A DNA stretch of 64,000 nt from an uncultured Gemmatimonadales bacterium (GTDB taxonomy: Bacteria > Gemmatimonadota > Gemmatimonadetes > Gemmatimonadales > GWC2-71-9), in NCBI GenBank assembly GCA_963728915.1, contig CAVSLV010000002.1, forward strand, positions 415,655-479,654. The letters run 5' to 3'. Positions 55,849 to 64,000 of the stretch are shown piece after piece (the first letter of the stretch is position 1; each line of letters starts with the position of its first letter). A program made the position numbers and the translations under genes. The notes under the pieces were generated by a model, which saw nothing but the letters and a program-made list of their open reading frames with translations, searched no databases and was not told the origin of the DNA.

Positions 55849-57345
55849 CTAAGGGCGAGGCCGGTCCTGGGAGGGGATCCGCTCACTGGTGAGCTCCCCG
55901 GCCAACGCCCGCAGCCGGCCCACCAGCCGCACCGTGGCCCAGGTGTCCCGCTTGCAGTATTCCAGCAGGTCGTGCCTGACCCGCTCCCGCTCGGCGGCCG
56001 GAATCTTCTGGGCCACGAAGAGCAATCGTGCTATTTCGACGCTCGCGATTCGGCCGTCCACGATCACCAGGTCGTCGTAGGAGAGATCAGGTACCAGCGG
56101 ATTCAGGATGTACTTGAGGCTGAAGCTGCCCTTGAAGTCGGGGTGATAGACCGTGTTCCGCACCACCGGGAGCAGGTCCACGAACTTGTCGAGCAGCTCC
56201 TGGAGTCCCGGGGCAAGGTCGGGAAGCAGGACCTGCAGCTCCTTGATCCGGCTCTTCTCGTACGCCGAGTAGGTCACCACCCGGCGCGCGTTCCTGGTGG
56301 CGTCGATCATCCGCTCGGCCAGCTCGCGGCGCGGGTCGGCGGGACCTTCGGCGAGCCAGCCCACGTGGGTGTGGCCATCGTCCGAGCTCTGCTCGTGATA
56401 GCTGAATTGAGCCACCGCTGCGCCCCAGGGCGCGAGCCCATTCCAGGGCGGAACCGCGCGCGCCACGGTCTCGAAGTCGAGGTAGCCCAGGGGCGGCTCG
56501 AGCTTCTCCAGCGCGGCCTTGAGGGTGGGCTCGACGATCAGGCGGTTCTCCCGCATTGCCTTGAGCTGGCGCTGCTCGACGAAGCCGAGCTTCTTTTTCG
56601 GGTCCAGGTCGTTGATCGAGTTGATCCCGGCTTCGAGATACTTGGCGCAGCGCTTGGGCCCCACGTTGTAGAGATGGCTGATGTGATTCGGGTCGTCGGG
56701 CCAGCAGCGATGTTTGAACGGGCACTCTCTCGGCTCATCACAGTGAAGCCCGATGGCTCGCTCGGGGAGCGGGCCCGCCAGCACCTGTTTCAGATGCTCG
56801 ACCAGGGGCGGGACTTCGGGGAGGAAGGCTTCGACCGCTTCGGTGATGTCGTCCTGGATCAGGAGATCGCCCTGATCGGGGTGACGGTATTCCTTGTTGA
56901 GCCGCATCAGCGCGACGCGGGTTATGCATAGCCCGCATTGGCGGAGCACCCAGGTCTGGACCGCGGCGTCGGGGATGTGCTCGGGCTTCTGGCTGGTCGA
57001 GGATTTGACTTCGATCAGCGTCCACCCGGCTTCGTTGGGCAGCAGGACGTCTACCGCGCAGAACACCCCGCCGGCTTCGAAGCTGGCTTCGAAGATCGGC
57101 TTCCGCTCGGCGAGGGCGGTGCGGGTGGCCGCGATCTTCTCGGCGTAGGCCTTCCGGGGAAAGTCGATGAGGATGCCGCCGGGGAACCTGGTGCGGGCCA
57201 GCTCGCCCACGACGCGGCCCTGGTCGAAAAGGTCCTGGAGGACCTTATCGGGCTGGAGCTCGATCGCGTCGGGCTCGTGGACGGTCCACCAGAGGAGCTT
57301 CTCGCACTGCCAGCCGGTGGTGAAGCGGGATTTGGAGAGGGTCAC
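55849..57345 (-). CDS. DUF2779 protein copy A (Cas4/RecB-like nuclease plus DnaQ-like domain)
   Basis: LSKSRF..QC, VDVL..IEVK, CDEPRECPFKHRCW, YLDFET and YCKRD motifs. Confidence 0.88.
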   Translation of the reverse strand: MTLSKSRFTTGWQCEKLLWWTVHEPDAIELQPDKVLQDLFDQGRVVGELARTRFPGGILIDFPRKAYAEKIAATRTALAERKPIFEASFEAGGVFCAVDVLLPNEAGWTLIEVKSSTSQKPEHIPDAAVQTWVLRQCGLCITRVALMRLNKEYRHPDQGDLLIQDDITEAVEAFLPEVPPLVEHLKQVLAGPLPERAIGLHCDEPRECPFKHRCWPDDPNHISHLYNVGPKRCAKYLEAGINSINDLDPKKKLGFVEQRQLKAMRENRLIVEPTLKAALEKLEPPLGYLDFETVARAVPPWNGLAPWGAAVAQFSYHEQSSDDGHTHVGWLAEGPADPRRELAERMIDATRNARRVVTYSAYEKSRIKELQVLLPDLAPGLQELLDKFVDLLPVVRNTVYHPDFKGSFSLKYILNPLVPDLSYDDLVIVDGRIASVEIARLLFVAQKIPAAERERVRHDLLEYCKRDTWATVRLVGRLRALAGELTSERIPSQDRPRP

Positions 57346-57351
57346 GCCGCC

Positions 57352-57373
57352 AACATAGCGCGGGGGTGTGACA
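57352..57373 (-). promoter_or_regulatory. PafBC-type promoter TGTCAC-N10-TATGTT
   Basis: Ends 6 nt before GTG; spacing equals TGTCGG-N10-TANNNT. Confidence 0.7.
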
Positions 57374-57385
57374 ACCGGGTGACCC

Positions 57386-59885
57386 TCACTCGTCCCGGAG
57401 CGCGCGAACCGGATCGATACTGGTCGCGCGGCGCGCCGGGAGGTACGACGCCAGGGCCGCGACTCCCACCAGCATGAGTGGCACCGCGACAAAGGTGACC
57501 GGATCGGTGGCGCTTACTCCTACCAGAAAGCTGGTCACCACCCGGGTCAGGGCAACCGAAGCGCCGAGCCCCAGCGCGATCCCGATCGCCGCCAGCACCA
57601 GGCCCTGGCCCAGGATCAGGCGGCGAACGTCGCCATCGCTGGCTCCGAGCGCGACCCGCACCCCGATCTCCCGGGTCCGTTGCCGCGCCGAGAAGGAAAT
57701 CACCCCGTAGAGGCCGATCGCGGCGAGCACCAGCGCCAGGCCGGCGAAGGTCACGGAGAGCGCGAGCAGGAACCGGGTCGGCGCCATCGCCTCCGTCACC
57801 CACGACTCGAGGGTGGACAGGTCGGCGACCGGGACGTCGGGGTCGATCGAGTTGACCTCGGTCCGGATCTTGTTGATCAGGCTGGTGGGGTCGGCGGTGG
57901 TGCGCACCACGAAGGTGATCGGCAGAAACGCCTGGTACACATACGGGACATAGATCGTCTCGCGCCCCTCGGCGGTGAGGGATCCCGACCGCACATTCCC
58001 TACCACGCCCACGATGGTGACCGGGGCCGCGTCCCATCTGGAAAGTCTTTTCGTCGAAATGATCCACCAGGATCTGGGCCCCCAGCGGACTGGTGTTCCC
58101 GAACATCTTGGCCGCGAGTTTCGCGTCGATGATGGCGACATCGAGCGCCTGTTCCTCGTTGTCCGAGCGCGCAAAGGTGCGCCCGGAGAGGAGCTGGATC
58201 CGCATCGCCTCGAAATAACCCGGCAGCACCGCCTTGAAGTCCGCCTTGTTGGCCCGATAGACATCCTCCGCCTCGCCCATCTTGCCATAGGAGCCAACCG
58301 AATACTGCTCCCCGCCGGCCAGCGGCAGTGGGGTGACTCCCCCCACCGATTCCACCCCGGAAATGGCGGCCAGCCGGTCGCCCACCTGGTTGACGAAGGT
58401 GGCCCGCGCCTGGGAGGTCAGATACTTGATGAACGGAACCGGGGCGTTGAAGGTCACCACGTTCCCGGGGTCGAACCCCGGGTCCACTTTCTGGATCGCG
58501 GCAAAGCTCCGCACCATGAGCCCGGCGCCGATCAGGAGGACCAGCGAGAGAGTCACCTCGCTGACTACCAGCACGGTGCGGAGCTTGTTGCCCCGCGCGC
58601 CGCCGGTGTCGGTGCCGCGATCTCGGAGACCCTCGGCCAGGTTGCCGCGGACCGCGCGCAGCGCGGGCGCGAGACCGAAGAGAACGGCGGCGAGCACGGA
58701 GACCGCCGCGGCGAACACGAAGGAGCGCGGGTCGAGTGACACGCTCTCGATCCGGGGCAGATTGGCGGGGCTCAACGCTTTGATGATGCCGATGCCCTGC
58801 CAGGCGAGCAGGAGGCCCAGCACCATGCCGCCCGCGGCGAGCACCAGGCTCTCGGTGAGCATCTGGGCCACGATGCGGGCCCGCCCGCTGCCGAGCGCCG
58901 CGCGCACCGCGATCTCGCGGTGGCGCTCCGAGGCGCGGACCAGGAGCAGGTTGGCGATGTTGGCGCAGGCGATCAGCAGCACGAAGCCGACCGCGCCGAG
59001 CAGCGCGAGCAGGGCCGGGCGGGCGTGCTCGACCACGTCGCGATGCATCCCGGCCACCACGATCTGAAGGTTCTGGCTCTTGTGGACCTGGTAGTTCTCC
59101 CGCAGGCGCGCCGCCAGGCGGTTCATCTCGTCCTGGGCCTGTGGCAGGGTGACTCCGGGCTTGAGCCGGGTTACCACGGTGAGGAACGCGGCTTCCCGCT
59201 GGAAGTCACTCAGGTTGCTCGGCAGGATGCCCCAGGCGTCGATGTTGGTAGGCATCGCCGCGTCCGCGGGGAGATAGATGCGGAAGTCGCGGGGGAGCAC
59301 GCCGATCACCACCGAGCCCCAGCCATCCATCAGGATGGTGCGGCCGATGACCGAGGAGTCGCCGCCGAAGCGCCGCTGCCAGAGGCCCCAGCTCAGGACC
59401 ACCTTGTTGGGCGGGAGGTTGGGATTCGGATTGCCGAACTGCTTGGGATCGATGGGGAACGCATCCTCGGCGCGGTGGGTCCGGCCCAGGATCGGGTGAA
59501 CGCCGATCAGGTCGAGGAGGTTCCAGGTGACGTAGGCGTTGGTGATCCGCTCGGGCGGGCCATCTCCGGTGAGGGTACCGGGCAGAGCGGCGGCCGCGGC
59601 GAAGCCCTGGAAGTTGGTGGTTTCGGTCTGGAAGTCCTTGAGGTCGGGTCCCGACACCAGCGAGCGGGAAACGTTGGTGTTGGGGAGCCGGGTCCACACG
59701 AACGCCAGCTCGTCGGGGTTCTGGAATGGCAGGGGGCGGAACAGGACGGCGTTGGCGACGCTGAAGATGGCGACGTTGCTGCCGATGCCGAGCGCCAGGG
59801 TAAGGAGGATGACGCCGGTGAAGAGCGGCCTCCTGCCGAACGAGCGGAGGGCGTACTTCAGGTCGCGGAGCACGTCACGGAGCAT
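57386..59885 (-). CDS. MacB/FtsX-like duplicated ABC permease (ADOP), frameshift near 58025
   Basis: LALGIGSN, ACANIANLLL and REIAVRAALG; C-terminus (QRTREIGVRVALGA) lies in another frame. Confidence 0.88.
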
Positions 59886-59951
59886 GGGAACCCTCTGGAA
59901 ACCGGGGAGAGCGGCCGGAGAAGATGCACCGCCATTGGCGGCCCCGCAATA

Positions 59952-61421
59952 TCAGGAGCTTTCCGGCCCGCCAATCCCCGCCAACTCGCGGAGCCGGCGC
60001 ACCAGCCGCACCGTGGCCCAGGTGTCCCGCTCGCAGTACTTGAGCAGATCCTCCCGAACCCGGTCCCGCTCGGCGGCGGGAATCTTGTGGGCCACGAAGA
60101 GCAGTCGGGCGATCTCGACGCTCGCGAGCCGGCCATCCACGATGACCAGGTCGTCGTAGGAGAGGTCGGGGACCAGCGGGTTCAGGATGTATTTGAGGGA
60201 GAAGCTGCCCCGGAAATCAGGGTGGTAGATCGTGTTCTGTACCACCTTGTGCAGATCCACGAACTTGGCCATCAGCTCGTCGAGGCCTGCTGCGAGATCG
60301 GGGAGGAGTTTCTGGAGGCTCTTGATCTGGGTCTTCTCGTAGGACGTGTAGGTCACGATGCGGCGAGCGTCCTGGGTGGCGTCGAGCATCTGCTCGGCCA
60401 GCTCGCGGCGGGGGTCTTTGGGTCCTTCGGCGAGCCAGCCCACGTGGGAGTAATCGACACCGATCTGCTGGTGGTAGCTGAACTGGGCCACCGCGGGGCC
60501 CCAGGGGGCCATTCCGGTCCAGGGCGGCACCGCTCGGGCCACGGTTTCGAAGTCGAGGTAGCCGAGGGGCTCTTCGAGCTGGGTCAGCTCGGTTTTCAGG
60601 GTCGGCTCGACCACGAGACAGTTTCCGCGCATGGCCTTGAGCTGACGCTGGGCGGCAAAGGGGAGCTTCTTCCTGGGGTCGAGATCGTTGATGGTGTTGA
60701 CGCCGGCCGCCATGTATTCGGCGCAGCGCTTGGGCCCGACGTTGTAGAGGCGGCTGATGTGGCTCGGGTCGTCGGGCCAGCAGCGATTTTTGAAGACGCA
60801 CTTCCGAGGCTCGTCGCACTGGAGCCCGATGGCCTTCTCGGGGAGAGGCCCTTCGAGCACCTCTTTCATGTGGTCGACCAGGGGCTGGATCTCGGGCAGG
60901 AACGCCGCGACCGCCTCTGTGATGTCTTCGCGGATGAGGAGATCGCCGGGGCCGGGATTACGGTAGTCCCCGTTCAAGTGCATCAGCTCGACGCGGGTTA
61001 TGGGGAGCCCGCACTGGTAGAGCACCCAGGCCTGGACCGCGGCGTCGGGGATCTGCTCGTCCTTGACCTCGTTGGAGGCCTTCACCTCGATGACGGTCCA
61101 GCCGGTCTCGTTGGGGAGGAGAACGTCCACCGCGCAGAAGACGCCGCCGGCCTCGAAGCTGGCTTCGAAGATCGGCTTCTTCTCTCCGAGGGCGGCCTGG
61201 GTCGCCGCGATGCGCTCGGCGTAGGCCCGGTGGGGGAAATCGATGAGGATCCCGCCGGGGAACTGGGTGCGGGCCAACTCGCCCACGACCCGGCCCTGGT
61301 CGAAGAGGTCCTGCAGGACCTTGTTGGGCTGGAGCTCTAAGGCATCCGGCTCATGGACTTTCCACCAGAGGAGCTTCTCGCACTGGTAGCCGGTGGTGAA
61401 GCGGGATTTGGAGAGGGTCAC
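59952..61421 (-). CDS. DUF2779 protein copy B
   Basis: Same motifs as copy A, colinear over full length. Confidence 0.88.
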   Translation of the reverse strand: MTLSKSRFTTGYQCEKLLWWKVHEPDALELQPNKVLQDLFDQGRVVGELARTQFPGGILIDFPHRAYAERIAATQAALGEKKPIFEASFEAGGVFCAVDVLLPNETGWTVIEVKASNEVKDEQIPDAAVQAWVLYQCGLPITRVELMHLNGDYRNPGPGDLLIREDITEAVAAFLPEIQPLVDHMKEVLEGPLPEKAIGLQCDEPRKCVFKNRCWPDDPSHISRLYNVGPKRCAEYMAAGVNTINDLDPRKKLPFAAQRQLKAMRGNCLVVEPTLKTELTQLEEPLGYLDFETVARAVPPWTGMAPWGPAVAQFSYHQQIGVDYSHVGWLAEGPKDPRRELAEQMLDATQDARRIVTYTSYEKTQIKSLQKLLPDLAAGLDELMAKFVDLHKVVQNTIYHPDFRGSFSLKYILNPLVPDLSYDDLVIVDGRLASVEIARLLFVAHKIPAAERDRVREDLLKYCERDTWATVRLVRRLRELAGIGGPESS

Positions 61422-61427
61422 CCCGTC

Positions 61428-61449
61428 AAGATGCGGCGGGGGTGTGACA
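61428..61449 (-). promoter_or_regulatory. PafBC-type promoter TGTCAC-N10-CATCTT
   Basis: Ends 6 nt before GTG; homologous to the copy A promoter. Confidence 0.62.
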
Positions 61450-61469
61450 ATCGGCAAGACAGCCAGGGG

Positions 61470-61805
61470 TTAGCGCTGGGTCAGGAGGAGGCCCACCAGC
61501 ACGAGGAAGCTCGGAATCCAGAACGCGAACATCCACTTCAGCGTCCGGCGGAGCGAGTCGACATCGGCCCGGACCCCGGTGACCTCGATGCGGACCGCCG
61601 CGATTTCCTGCTTCAGCTCGCCACGCAGCTCAGCCAGACGCTCGCCGACCTTCGCATCGAAACGGGCATAATTGAGCTCGTTGATCTCCCGAAGCTCGTC
61701 GCGGTAACTGAGGCTGATGGTATTCAGCACAGCCACCAGCTCATTGGCCGCATCGTTGCCGAACCGCTCATAGAACTCCCGGGACAACTTGATCGCGATC
61801 GCCAC
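61470..61805 (-). CDS. DUF1640/CCDC90-like coiled-coil protein with C-terminal TM
   Basis: Heptad region followed by TLKWMFAFW and a hydrophobic tail. Confidence 0.75.
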   Translation of the reverse strand: MAIAIKLSREFYERFGNDAANELVAVLNTISLSYRDELREINELNYARFDAKVGERLAELRGELKQEIAAVRIEVTGVRADVDSLRRTLKWMFAFWIPSFLVLVGLLLTQR

Positions 61806-61898
61806 GGTTCCTCCAGCCGGGGAGGAACCTTATGTAACCTACGCTCGGCTCAGGGCCGGGCGCAAAAGGCCGCCAAGGGGATCGAATTGCCGCGCCGC

Positions 61899-61920
61899 TG
61901 TCAGCGCCGAGTGATACCTT
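61899..61920 (+). promoter_or_regulatory. PafBC-type promoter TGTCAG-N10-TACCTT
   Basis: Ends 9 nt before the pafB-like ATG. Confidence 0.7.
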
Positions 61921-61929
61921 ATCGGGACC

Positions 61930-63006
61930 ATGGCCCAGAAAATCCAGCGCTGGCTCGACCTCCTCGCCGCGCTGCTCCGGCGGAACTACCCGATCCCCTT
62001 CGAGGAGCTGATCCGGGACGTCCCGGGATATCAGGATCCGGAGCAGGCGCCGGAAACCCGCCGGCGCATGTTCGAGCGGGACAAGGACGAGCTCAGGGCC
62101 TTCGGCATCGGCATAAAGACCCACGACCTGGGCGACAACGAAACCGGCTACGGGCTCGACCGGAAGGAGTTCTATCTGCCCTACCTCGAGGTGCTGGCGG
62201 ATGGGAGGATGGCAAGGCGGACGGGCGGACTGGCGGGCAGGCGGACAGCGTGCACCGGGTGGACCGGTTCGGGTACCGCGGGCTTCCCATGCTCGCGTTC
62301 GAGCCGGATGAGCTGAGGGCGCTCGCCGAGGTGGGGCCCAGGCTCCGGAGTCTCGGTATTCCATCGCTCTTGGATGATGCACGGTCGGCGCTCCGGAAGC
62401 TCGGCGCCGATCTCCCGCTCGAGGCTCCGGAGCCGGGACCCGATGCGGGTTATGGCGACATCTTCGACCTGCTGGACCAGGCGCTGGAGCGCCGCAAGCG
62501 GGTGAGCTTCGGCTATCGCTCGCTCCATTCGGGAACCCACGCGACCCGCCTGGTGGATCCGTACGGCCTCTTTTTCCTGGGGCACCAGTGGTATCTCGTG
62601 GCGGCAGAGGCGGATGGGACGGTCAAGAACTTCCGGCTCTCACGGATGGAGCACGTGTCGGTGAACGAGAAGCGACCCGGTACGCCCGACTACTCGATCC
62701 CTGCGGAATTCAACCTTCTAGAGCACGCCCGCTCGAAGCGGGCCTGGGAATTGGGAGACGCCGACGCCATCGAGGCGGTGGTACGGATCGTCGAGCCCAC
62801 CGGGGTCTCCCGGAGCGCGGCGCGATTGGGAGAGCCGGTGCCGGGTCATCCGGACGAGCGGGTCTTCCGGGTCAGGCGGAGGGAGCCATTCGCGCGCTGG
62901 GTGCTTGGCTTCGCGGGGGCGGTGATGCCGGTTTCGCCGGACGAGCTGGTAGCGGAATACCGGAACCTGGCGAAAGCTCACCCTCGCCCGGTACGAGTCG
63001 CCATGA
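61930..63006 (+). CDS. PafB-like wHTH-WYL-WCX regulator (apparent indels near 62212 and 62975)
   Basis: RRMFERDKDELRAFGI, VDPYGLFFLGHQWYLVA and NFRLSRM motifs. Confidence 0.85.
62196..62247 (+). repeat. Degenerate tandem GGCGGAC(A/G) octamers inside the pafB-like gene
   Basis: ggcggatg ggaggatg gcaa ggcggacg ggcggact ggcgggca ggcggaca. Confidence 0.75.
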
Positions 63007-63946
63007 ACGACACCGCGGCGCAGCTCCGCCGGATTCTCCATCTCATCCCGATCTGCGAGGACGATACCCCGCACTCGCTCGATGCGGTGGCTCAAGAGCT
63101 CGGCACCGACCGGAAGACCCTGCTCCAGGATCTCCGGGCGCTATCGGAGCGGTGGGACGATCCGGGCGGGTTCGTCGAAGGAGTGCAGGTCTTCATCGAG
63201 CCGGGGCAGTTCGTGCTCCGCTCGGATCATTTCCGGCGGCCGATGCGGCTCACCCTGGCCGAAGTGGGCGCGCTGGAGCTGGGGCTCGCGGTGCTGGGTG
63301 CGGAACGCCCGCCCGATGAGCAGGAAGTCATTGCCCGGGCCCGGGACCGGCTCCGGCGGGTTATGGTGGAGCTACCGGCCGACGAGCCGGCGAGCCTTCT
63401 CAGCCACGCCGAGCAGGGAGCGGATGCGGACCCCGAGATCCTGCGCGCGGTGCGGGAGGGTGTGGCCGAGGGGAGGATGCTCCGGATTCGGTATATGAGT
63501 GCCCGAGTCACTCTTCCCACCGAGCGCATCGTTGCGCCATTGGGTCTGGTGCCGCTTGCGGGGGCAAGTGGTTCCTGGTGGCGTTACAGGGCGAGGAGTT
63601 CCGAGTGTTCCGGGTGGACCGGATGGAATCCGCCGTGTTAACGGAGGAGCGCTTCGACCGGCCCGATGGGAATACGGTGGAGGACCTGGTGAACCGGGGC
63701 CGGATGTACCTGGGCCATGGGGAGGAAAAGCTGGTGGTGCGCTATTCGGAGCGGATTGCGCCGTGGATTGCGGAGCGGGAAGGGAAAGAGCCGAGTCCTG
63801 ATGGGTCGGTGACGATCGAGTATGAGCTGGGGGATGACGAGTGGGCGGTGGAGCACGTGCTGTCCTACGGGCCGGAGGCTCTAGTGGTAAGTCCGAATCG
63901 GGTCAGGGAATTGGTGCGGGAGCGGCTTCGCGAGATCCTGGCCTAG
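63003..63946 (+). CDS. PafC-like wHTH-WYL-WCX regulator (apparent indels near 63555)
   Basis: LRRILHLIP, RPMRLTLAE, WFLVA..FRVDRM and VLSYGPEALVVSP motifs. Confidence 0.85.
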
Positions 63947-64000
63947 GTCGGGCTATTGGGCGAGGCGCGAACCGAGGATCACGAGGGCCGTGCCGATCCA

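Noticed and set aside
57386..59885. Programmed frameshift in the ABC permease
   Set aside because: No slippery heptamer; a single extra base in a G/C run amid other nearby indels suggests sequencing error.
58920..61340. 806-aa plus-strand ORF and other long antisense ORFs (e.g. 27682-29745, 48695-50623)
   Set aside because: Shadow ORFs opposite well-supported genes in high-GC DNA, with no recognisable motifs.
55849..61421. DUF2779 Cas4-like genes as part of a CRISPR-Cas locus
   Set aside because: No repeat-spacer array or other cas genes were seen.
55849..61451. Composite transposon formed by the DUF2779 repeats
   Set aside because: No transposase, terminal inverted repeats or target duplication; the copies are substantially diverged.
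61353..63641. 762-aa ORF taken as one protein
   Set aside because: Its first ~285 codons are antisense or out-of-frame shadow; only the part after ~62215 is WYL-coding.

Overview
GC-rich bacterial chromosomal window, by inference Gemmatimonadota-like, probably origin-proximal. Contents: end of a suf operon plus a bacilliredoxin; ABC exporter; Omp85-type protein; mnmG, then parS-like sites and parA-parB-M23-bactofilin; a BMP-type ABC importer; a long run of redox, hydrolase and transport genes (msrB, osmC, DinB/BstA, carbonic anhydrase, GH20, GMC oxidoreductase, M16 protease). From about 50 kb there is an accessory region with two nucleotidyltransferase toxin-antitoxin-like pairs, two paralogous DUF2779 (Cas4/RecB-like plus DnaQ-like) nucleases, and a divergent PafB/PafC-like WYL regulator pair. 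Best observation: the motif TGTCA(C/G)-N10-(T/C)ANNTT, which has the architecture of the actinobacterial PafBC promoter, precedes both DUF2779 genes and the pafB-like gene. This suggests an autoregulated PafBC-type nuclease regulon outside Actinobacteria. Several indels at 58-63.6 kb may be assembly errors. No rRNA, tRNA, CRISPR array or transposase was recognised. Gene calls come from motif recognition by eye, not database searches.
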